Below are positions 57,200-64,000 of a stretch of DNA of 64,000 nucleotides, in pieces; the first letter of the stretch is position 1, and every line of letters starts with the position of its first letter. The stretch is from Dehalococcoidia bacterium UBA6627. Its GTDB lineage: Bacteria; Chloroflexota; Dehalococcoidia; UBA2979. Under the pieces are notes generated by a model. The model worked only from the letters and a program-made list of their open reading frames with translations. It had not been told where the DNA came from and searched no databases. The stretch is taken from positions 15,014 to 79,013 of the forward strand of contig DKLZ01000086.1 in NCBI GenBank assembly GCA_002455955.1, given 5' to 3'. A program made the position numbers and the translations under genes.

Positions 57200-57760
57200 C
57201 TAACGGGACGCTCGCTCTAGTTCTCGTTTTAAACTGCGCAGTCGACTGCGAGTTGACGCGTCGTACAGACGGTCAGCTATTCTCACGGTCATACCACCAA
57301 GCATTTCCTCATCGACCGAAGCTTCGAGGGCAATCTGCTTCCCAGTCTGTTCGGTCAACTGTTGCTCAATCTTTGATCGTCGATCCTCGTCTAGCGCAAC
57401 TGCTGTCGTGACGGTCGCTCGTCCAATTTTTCGCTCATCATCTAGGAGTTCCTGATAGAAGGTCGCTATCGACGGACCTAATGCTAAGCGAGATTTACGA
57501 CGCAGCAACCGGAACAGGTTAAGTTGCTTCCTCCCCATCCCAGGGTGCACTTGCTCCACAATCACTGTGAATCGTTCGTCAGTCATCCCATCTGCTTGTA
57601 ATGCATTCACGAACTCAGCACGTTCCGTCAACTGCTCGAGTGTGCCAACGGATGCAAGCCATTCGTCAAGATTTCCATCCTGACGGGCGATCTCTAACAC
57701 TGCCAGCGCATAGCGGCGTCCGGCGATATCGCGAGTTCCTGACAATTTTCTATTCCCCAA
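57200..57760 (-). CDS. atpH: F1 ATP synthase delta (OSCP) subunit
   Basis: 186-aa ORF between atpF and atpA with an OSCP-like pattern (RRYALAVLEIA...). Confidence 0.85.
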   Translation of the reverse strand: MGNRKLSGTRDIAGRRYALAVLEIARQDGNLDEWLASVGTLEQLTERAEFVNALQADGMTDERFTVIVEQVHPGMGRKQLNLFRLLRRKSRLALGPSIATFYQELLDDERKIGRATVTTAVALDEDRRSKIEQQLTEQTGKQIALEASVDEEMLGGMTVRIADRLYDASTRSRLRSLKRELERASR

Positions 57761-57769
57761 CTATCGATA

Positions 57770-58426
57770 TCAATTGTCACCGCCTTGACCGAAGCGCCCA
57801 TCTACAAGCGCTTCATCGATCAACCGACGGTGAGCATCTTGATCGATCGCCTGACCCACAACCTGCTCAGCAGCACGAATTGTTATATCCGCGAACTCAG
57901 AGCGCAGCTGTTGAACTGCCTGTTCACGCTCAAGTGCAATCTCTTCTCGCGCGCGAGTGAGGATCTGCTCTGCATCACTACGTGCCTTTTCTTCGAGCTC
58001 TTCACGTAGTCGTGCTGCCGCTTCCTGAGCGCGAGCCGTTGCCTCTCGAGCTTCGATACGCGCCTCTTCGAGCACTCTTCCGGCTGCCTCTTCACTCTCT
58101 GCCGCCTGATCCGCTGCTTCTTTCGATCGCTGCAGACCTTCTTCTATCTTCTGCTTACGCTCATCAAGCATCCTCAAAATGGGCTTCCATAGCAGTAGAC
58201 GAAGAACAACTAGAAGAATCGCGAAGTTGACCAACTGAGCGATTAGCCCAGGCAGATTGAGCCCTAGCGCAGCAATTCCTTCTTTTTGTTCAGCGGCACC
58301 CACAACACCAGGCGCCAACGCAACCAACGTCGCGATAAACACCGCTCTGACACGCAGCACACTGAGCCGTGCAGTAATCAGACTGCACAGCCCGAAGACG
58401 TTAAACAATAGCCTCGGTTGCCTCAT
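57770..58426 (-). CDS. atpF: Fo ATP synthase b subunit with N-terminal extension
   Basis: The canonical b core is LGLNLPGLIAQLVNFAILLVVLRLLLWKPILRMLDERKQKIEEG followed by a long charged helix. Met16 (58426) is preceded by GAGGAG. The ORF-track start at 58471 has a poor SD. Confidence 0.8.
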   Translation of the reverse strand: MRQPRLLFNVFGLCSLITARLSVLRVRAVFIATLVALAPGVVGAAEQKEGIAALGLNLPGLIAQLVNFAILLVVLRLLLWKPILRMLDERKQKIEEGLQRSKEAADQAAESEEAAGRVLEEARIEAREATARAQEAAARLREELEEKARSDAEQILTRAREEIALEREQAVQQLRSEFADITIRAAEQVVGQAIDQDAHRRLIDEALVDGRFGQGGDN

Positions 58427-58490
58427 CACACTCTCCTCGGTGCGGATGGGTGTGGGATAAACCACAACCATCCACCGTGGTCATGAGGTT

Positions 58491-58898
<408 letters not shown>

Positions 58899-58907
58899 TC
58901 AATAACC

Positions 58908-60041
58908 CTAATGCGCTCCTTCAGGTTCATGGTCATCTCCGTGATGCGATACTGCTGTCACCGCGAACACGAGTGTGAGCATGGCAAAAACGAACGCTTG
59001 TACCAAACCGACAAATAGCTCCAGTCCGTAGAACACATCAACCAGCACGAACGGAACTAGGAATGTCATCATTAGCAACAAGACTTCTCCTGCAAAGATA
59101 TTCCCGAAAAGACGAAAAGTGAACGAGACCATCCGAGAAAGCTCAGAAATGAATTCTAGAAGTCCAACGAACACGTCGATCAATCCTCCGCCAATATCAC
59201 CTCGCAGCAGTTTCCCAAAACCGAAAAATTTCTTTAAGTATGATAATCCAAGAGTCTGTAAGCCCCAGAATTCAACAAAGATGAATGAGAAAATCGCGAT
59301 AGCAAGTGGGGCGTTAACGTCGGTCATCACCGATCGGAAATACGGGGCAATCAGTCCAGAAAATCTGGTGACACTCGCCACTTGCTCATTCTCATTTTCA
59401 GCATTTGGGGCTGTAGTATGGCCGATCGCAAAAGGCGCACTAGCAGAAACGTGCGCAACTGAGCTCAGTGCGCGAGCGTGGCCTCCATCGTCAGTCTCTT
59501 CAACCACCCTTCCGTCGCTATATTCGATGAAGATGGGCTCGCCAGCACCAGTGTCGACCTGCTCCGGATTCAACGGGATTACTGCTAGTTCAAATCCCGC
59601 TATGGTTTGATGTTCTAAAACTGCCTGCTTCTTACCAAAGCCAGGCTCGGTAAGCCCAATAACGTTGTTGATGGGAAGCAATCCTGCGTAATTTGAGACG
59701 AGAACAAAGAAAAAGATCGTAGCCACGAGCGGAAAAAACCTTCGGCCATTTTTCTCACCTGCAACTTGAACCACGATATCGAAAAAGGCCTCGACACCAG
59801 CTTCGACAGCACCACTGAAACCACTAGGTACAAGAGAGAGATTCCGACCAACAAAGAACGCAAGGACTACAAGGAACAAAACGACAAACCAAGATGTAAA
59901 CATCGTGTTAGTTACATCGAGGGGCCCCCAGTGAAATACTGTCTCAGGGGCAACAATAATCGCGGGAGAGGGGCCACCAACGAAAATGACGCCAACTGCT
60001 ATCAGCACCAACACACCAAGCACAATAAACGATACACGCAT
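58908..60041 (-). CDS. atpB: Fo ATP synthase a subunit, unusually long (377 aa)
   Basis: The essential-Arg region SFTFRLFGNIFAGE is present, together with SNYAGLLP and the terminal helices. There is a large insertion between them (see findings). Confidence 0.9.
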   Translation of the reverse strand: MRVSFIVLGVLVLIAVGVIFVGGPSPAIIVAPETVFHWGPLDVTNTMFTSWFVVLFLVVLAFFVGRNLSLVPSGFSGAVEAGVEAFFDIVVQVAGEKNGRRFFPLVATIFFFVLVSNYAGLLPINNVIGLTEPGFGKKQAVLEHQTIAGFELAVIPLNPEQVDTGAGEPIFIEYSDGRVVEETDDGGHARALSSVAHVSASAPFAIGHTTAPNAENENEQVASVTRFSGLIAPYFRSVMTDVNAPLAIAIFSFIFVEFWGLQTLGLSYLKKFFGFGKLLRGDIGGGLIDVFVGLLEFISELSRMVSFTFRLFGNIFAGEVLLLMMTFLVPFVLVDVFYGLELFVGLVQAFVFAMLTLVFAVTAVSHHGDDHEPEGAH

Positions 60042-60059
60042 CAGTGAGACCCTCGAGTG

Positions 60060-60278
60060 CTACCCGTGATCTTTGCGCTCGACACGCAGGAACTCTTGGA
60101 GTTGTCTGTAGGCACCAAGTAACCCCGCCATCAATCCGATTAGGAGAAAAACCAGTGTGAACGCTGGCTCTGTATCAAAGCGATTATCGATGAGGTGTCC
60201 GATTACCGTCGGCACCACGATAGCCGCTGCAAGATAGCTCCCAATCCCTATTAACCCTAAAACTGGTGAATTCCACAT
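60060..60278 (-). CDS. AtpZ/AtpI-like small membrane protein at the head of the atp operon
   Basis: 72-aa ORF with two TM helices, 18 nt upstream of atpB. Its size and position fit AtpZ/AtpI. Confidence 0.6.
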   Translation of the reverse strand: MWNSPVLGLIGIGSYLAAAIVVPTVIGHLIDNRFDTEPAFTLVFLLIGLMAGLLGAYRQLQEFLRVERKDHG

Positions 60279-60410
60279 GGCCTATCTCGATTCGGGAGCG
60301 AGGCCAGCAGGACGTTAGCATGGCCAAATCGGTGGATCAACCGCTTGTGACTCAAAGCACTAGTGCACGCGCTGTATCAACGGTGACAAATACGCATCGT
60401 ACTAGCGCAG

Positions 60411-60968
60411 CTACTCAGTCAGGCTGCCAAGATCATCCAAATCAAGACCTGAAACAAAATCCCGGAACGCTGAGAGTTTTTCCAGCTCTTCAGCGGTTGC
60501 TGGTGTTTGCACTTCGCCACCAGCTCCCTCTATCGGCTGCCCATCTTCATCAAGAAGAACACCTGCTCGTTCAATCACTTCGGGAGAGACGAAGATTGGG
60601 ACGTTTGCTCGAACAGCAAGTGCTATAGCATCCGAAGGTCGCGAATCGATCTCAATCGTCTCACCATCACGTTCGATTAATATCTGAGAAAAAAACGTGT
60701 CTTGCTTGAGATCATTTACGATCACTGAAACGATCCGACCACCCAATTCTGAAACCAATTCCCCCATCAAGTCATGAGTCTGTGGCCGTGACACTGTTAC
60801 ATCTTGTAATCGAAAGGCAATCGCGTCCGCAACATCAGCACCTATCCAAATTGGAAGGTAGCGATCAGCATCCTTCTCTTTGAGCACAACTACTCGTCGA
60901 TAATGACGTAGACCTACACGAATGCTGTCGATTACCAGCTCAATCAAGCGTTTCTCCTTGACTGTCAA
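60411..60968 (-). CDS. Bifunctional nuclease-family protein (DUF151/BFN domain)
   Basis: 185-aa ORF with a TTG start. YLPIWIGADVADAIAFRLQDVTVSRPQTHDLM and IDSRPSDAIALAVRANVPIFV are characteristic. Confidence 0.8.
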   Translation of the reverse strand: MTVKEKRLIELVIDSIRVGLRHYRRVVVLKEKDADRYLPIWIGADVADAIAFRLQDVTVSRPQTHDLMGELVSELGGRIVSVIVNDLKQDTFFSQILIERDGETIEIDSRPSDAIALAVRANVPIFVSPEVIERAGVLLDEDGQPIEGAGGEVQTPATAEELEKLSAFRDFVSGLDLDDLGSLTE

Positions 60969-61030
60969 GTTGCGGTCTCGCGATTCGAGTGTAGGAGTCG
61001 CTTGTTCAGGTGGTCAACGAACCAGCTAGT

Positions 61031-61876
61031 TCACCGCGCTTCATTAATCGCGTCACGTAGCTCTTGCGCTGCATTTCGTGCCGTTTCTGCCCAACCACCA
61101 ACGGCACAACCATTTTCGACTGGCTGTGCATAAAGGATGCTTCGGGAAGCATTCACGAGAATATTTCCTCCAGTCGCATCAAGCGCACTACTGACTGCAA
61201 CATGAATATCTGCCTGCTGAGCTCCAATACCTGGTAAAAGCATCAACTGATCGGGACAAATGGCCCTCACTCGTGCAACCTCATCTGGATAAGTCGCGCC
61301 GACTACTAGCCCAACATTCCCTCGCTCATTCCAATCGCGTGACAGCTTAGCGACCTGTTCATAGACTCTGACGTCACCAACCATCAAATCCTGTAGATCG
61401 CCGGCACTTGGATTAGAAGTACGACATAAAATAAATATGTGACGGTCCTCGTACGAAAGGAACGGCTCCAACGCATCGAATCCTAGATATGGATTCAACG
61501 TCACTGCATCAGCTCCGGCCCAGTCGAACAGCGCTGCCGCGTAAGCAGCTGCAGTGTGACCAACGTCACCTCGCTTCGCATCTAAAAGAACCGGCGTCTC
61601 ATCTGGGACGTGATTAATTACCTCTCGCAAGATGCGCCAGCCATCATCACCAAGCTGCTCAAAGAACGCGGTGTTTGGTTTGTAGGCGCATACGAGATCA
61701 GAAGTCGCTTCGATTATGCCAATTAAGAAGTCTTCAACGCTGACGCCAACAGGGATCCGATTGGGGTCCGGATCGAGGCCCAGACACAGTAACGAATTCC
61801 TAGCATTTACAGCTGTGTCGAAACGTTGACGGAAACTTCCAGCTGTTCTCGTGTTGTAACCAGCGGCAGTAGTCAT
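61031..61876 (-). CDS. pyrF: Orotidine-5-phosphate decarboxylase (long, type 2)
   Basis: 281-aa ORF with LCLGLDPD, AYKPNTAFFE and LLDAKRGDVGHTA motifs. Confidence 0.9.
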   Translation of the reverse strand: MTTAAGYNTRTAGSFRQRFDTAVNARNSLLCLGLDPDPNRIPVGVSVEDFLIGIIEATSDLVCAYKPNTAFFEQLGDDGWRILREVINHVPDETPVLLDAKRGDVGHTAAAYAAALFDWAGADAVTLNPYLGFDALEPFLSYEDRHIFILCRTSNPSAGDLQDLMVGDVRVYEQVAKLSRDWNERGNVGLVVGATYPDEVARVRAICPDQLMLLPGIGAQQADIHVAVSSALDATGGNILVNASRSILYAQPVENGCAVGGWAETARNAAQELRDAINEAR

Positions 61877-61905
61877 TTTGTACCCCCGTAGACAATTGGA
61901 CTCTA

Positions 61906-62778
61906 TTATCGCTCTTCTTTGATCGGAAGCGCTCGAATATCAACAAGGTCGGGCAAAAATTCACCCATTTCTCGCAATCGCCCGATGGCTACCGAAAAGT
62001 CCTGACGATTGCCTGTTACATCGTAATTAATTGGCTGAGGCGAACCTGTCGTCAAGAGTTGCCCCTCTTCCGAGAGCACTGCAAGTGTCCGTCGTGCAAC
62101 AGCATCGGCTGCGTCAATAACTGCGACATGATCAGGCAGAACCGATCGCAGTACCACCTCAATAAATCCATAATGTGTACAACCAAGAGCAACAGCATCG
62201 GCTCCAGATTCGACCGGTCCCCGTGTTGCATCATCAAGCATCGTGAAGACTCGCCGATCGCGAACCAGCCCGTTCTCTATAAGATCAGCGAGGCCTGGCA
62301 TAGGTACAGTGTGCACCATAACACCCATTGCATGTTCAGCTTCCAATCGCGCTAACCGATCACCTTTTGCGGTACCGACGGTCGTAAGCACGATTACCTT
62401 ACCGGTCATACTCTCCGCGACAGCAGGCTTCAGCGGAGGCTCCATTCCTACGATCGGCACTGGTAACTCTGCCCGCAATCGATCAAGCGCAGCTGATGAT
62501 GCGGTGTTACAAGCAACAACAAGAATCGTGCAGCCCCGGTCCACGAGACTCTGACCAACTGCAACAACCCGTTCTTCTACTTCTTCAGCCATTCGTTCGC
62601 CGTAGGGGAATCGAGCTGTATCTGCCATGTAGAAAATCGGAAGGGAGGGGGCACGCTCCCGCAGTGCACGAACAACTGTCAGTCCACCGAGCCCTGAATC
62701 AAAAATGCCAGCTTGGGCAAGCACAGTATGCGTGTCCTCCCTATGGTTTTGAACCTGCATCTGGTCTTTACTGAACAA
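61906..62778 (-). CDS. murI: Glutamate racemase
   Basis: GIFDSGLGGLTV, VVACNTAS and ALGCTHY (the two catalytic Cys contexts). The start is possibly Met7 (62760). Confidence 0.9.
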   Translation of the reverse strand: MFSKDQMQVQNHREDTHTVLAQAGIFDSGLGGLTVVRALRERAPSLPIFYMADTARFPYGERMAEEVEERVVAVGQSLVDRGCTILVVACNTASSAALDRLRAELPVPIVGMEPPLKPAVAESMTGKVIVLTTVGTAKGDRLARLEAEHAMGVMVHTVPMPGLADLIENGLVRDRRVFTMLDDATRGPVESGADAVALGCTHYGFIEVVLRSVLPDHVAVIDAADAVARRTLAVLSEEGQLLTTGSPQPINYDVTGNRQDFSVAIGRLREMGEFLPDLVDIRALPIKEER

Positions 62779-62811
62779 TCTAATCGTTCCTCAGACTAAC
62801 CTTGGCCCACT

Positions 62812-63543
62812 ATGCACGTTAACATTGCGATCACTCCGCCCTCTGAGCCACCACGTGATCAGACATGTCTCGTCGTTGACGTGTTACGCGCAACATCTGT
62901 AGTCGCAGTACTACTCAATCGGGGTATACGACGAATTTACCCTACCGCAACAATCGAGGAAGGCCTCGCACTCCGCGACAAATTCGTCGGAGAAGGCACT
63001 GAGGTAATTTTGGTAGGGGAGCGCGGTGGACTTCCGCCAGCAGGATTTGATGCTGGCAACTCGCCAACCGCTATCGAAACGACAACATCGAAAGCGCAAA
63101 TCGCAATCCAAGCAACAACTAATGGGACACCGGCACTACTTGCCTGCATAGGAGCGCCTCTGGTAATGCCAGCAGCTGTGTTGAATGCGACCGCAGTGAC
63201 CACCGCTGCACTCCAAGCCAATCGTGACATACTCATCGTCTGCGCTGGCTTACGCGGTGGATTTGGAGAAGATGATTTTCTAGCCGCAGGACTGCTCACC
63301 GATAGCCTCGTTACTGCTGGCGCTACACCCGGTACGCAAGCACGAGCGGCTCTCAACCTCTACGCGTCAGCGCACACTGACCTTGCTGCTGCCTTTCGTC
63401 GCACTGAACATGGCATCGCCACAGCCAAGCTTGGCTTTGATCAAGACATCGTGCTCTGCGCCACCCGTGATCGCCACGCGGAGGTTGCAATTCTCGTCGA
63501 ACGAGACGGAATCCCCGTACTTGAGCTGCTACCGAAAACTTAG
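62812..63543 (+). CDS. comB: 2-phosphosulfolactate phosphatase-family protein (ComB-like)
   Basis: 243-aa ORF with VVDVLRATS and GERGG...GFDAGNSP, characteristic of the ComB family. Confidence 0.75.
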   Translation: MHVNIAITPPSEPPRDQTCLVVDVLRATSVVAVLLNRGIRRIYPTATIEEGLALRDKFVGEGTEVILVGERGGLPPAGFDAGNSPTAIETTTSKAQIAIQATTNGTPALLACIGAPLVMPAAVLNATAVTTAALQANRDILIVCAGLRGGFGEDDFLAAGLLTDSLVTAGATPGTQARAALNLYASAHTDLAAAFRRTEHGIATAKLGFDQDIVLCATRDRHAEVAILVERDGIPVLELLPKT

Positions 63544-63571
63544 AAAAAGCCTCGTTCTTTCTGCGAGTTCA

Positions 63572-64000
63572 TTATCCTTGTTCAGTAGGTGGATGATCAC
63601 GCTCCCAAGAGGCCAGATCGTCATCCCAACGCTGGACTCGCTCGAGATCCACCTCGTGCTCACCGTATCGTGCAGCATCGAATGCCTCAGCAATCTCCCC
63701 GAATAACGGAACTCTAAAAGTACTACCTGCTGCTGTCGCATACTCAAGAGGAGTCTCAGAAAGGCGTCTTTCTAAGCCACGCTCCTCAGTACTGATCACG
63801 CTGCGATGGTAGACTCCATAAATCGGCCGCAGTCGAGACCAGCCGCTGCCATCTACTCGTGACCTACGTCGCAATAGCTTTCTAAACAAACTATTCAGAT
63901 GCGTCTCGCCTCCTGCATCTGAACGCAGCTCGTTTGACTCACTCGTCCGCACTGATTCACGAATTGCGAGTAATAAACGAGCAAGTCGGTAGCAAACCCA
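63572..64000 (-). CDS. DUF4129-like protein, 5' end beyond the window (partial)
   Basis: The ORF track lists 63572-63952. My reading of the same frame shows no stop up to position 64000 (..WVCYRLARLLLAIRES-), so the gene probably starts outside the window. The C-terminal TPLEYA...FDAARYGEHEV pattern resembles DUF4129. Confidence 0.5.
   Translation of the reverse strand, partial: WVCYRLARLLLAIRESVRTSESNELRSDAGGETHLNSLFRKLLRRRSRVDGSGWSRLRPIYGVYHRSVISTEERGLERRLSETPLEYATAAGSTFRVPLFGEIAEAFDAARYGEHEVDLERVQRWDDDLASWERDHPPTEQG

Noticed and set aside
60345-60362. Rex-operator-like sequence TTGTGACTCAAAGCACTA about 70-85 nt upstream of the atp operon leader gene
   Set aside because: Only about 10 of 14 consensus positions of TTGTGAA-N4-TTCACAA match, and the second half-site is poor. 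It is plausible biologically, because Rex regulates energy genes in several phyla, but too weak to call without a genome-wide motif model.

Overview
This 64-kb window reads as ordinary chromosome, not a mobile or defence island. All calls come from reading the six-frame ORF track and the DNA by eye. No homology search, HMM or composition statistic was run, so family names are motif-level recognitions.

Gene content:
- I support about 66 protein-coding genes, tightly packed.
- I found no rRNA, tRNA, CRISPR array, transposase, integrase or phage gene.
- Rex is the only recognisable transcription factor.

Layout:
- 0.1-16 kb: a CoA-centred catabolic block. It holds an esterase, a crotonase, two acyl-CoA dehydrogenases, a ThDP enzyme, two very large double-domain family III CoA-transferases, a Zn-ADH, a methyltransferase and a MaoC pair.
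- 16-37 kb: mixed housekeeping and transport genes. These include two ClpS paralogs, an acyl-CoA ligase, CaCA and NhaA antiporters, a PPOX-fold protein, a GGQ-domain protein, argC, MFS, MscS, MobA/YqeC, CNNM, ogt, an HpcH aldolase, an Ldh2-type dehydrogenase, a Dam-like methyltransferase and amt.
- 37-47 kb: ccr, a repeat-containing secreted protein, and a thiolase/DUF35/hotdog operon. These are followed by an IMPase, an SCO1664-like kinase-fold protein and an unknown gene.
- 47-64 kb: core genes. These are ispH, rex, mreB, murA, a complete F1Fo atp operon (atpZ/I-B-E-F-H-A-G-D-C), a bifunctional nuclease, pyrF, murI and comB-like.

The gene repertoire suggests a Chloroflexota (SAR202-like) or actinobacterial-type marine heterotroph. 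That is inference only.

I did not find an obvious large multi-gene novel system. The observations most worth follow-up are:
- two adjacent genes that each fuse two family III CoA-transferase modules, with the catalytic Asp apparently kept only in the C-terminal halves;
- a visibly AT-rich single-gene islet bounded by a 10-bp direct repeat, encoding an internally duplicated 4-TM protein;
- a ClpS paralog with a remodelled N-degron pocket;
- a GGQ release-factor-domain protein with an HTH-like tail;
- unusual Fo subunits: an insertion of about 107 aa in subunit a, and signal-peptide-like presequences on subunits b and c;
- MurA with Asp at the fosfomycin-target Cys position.
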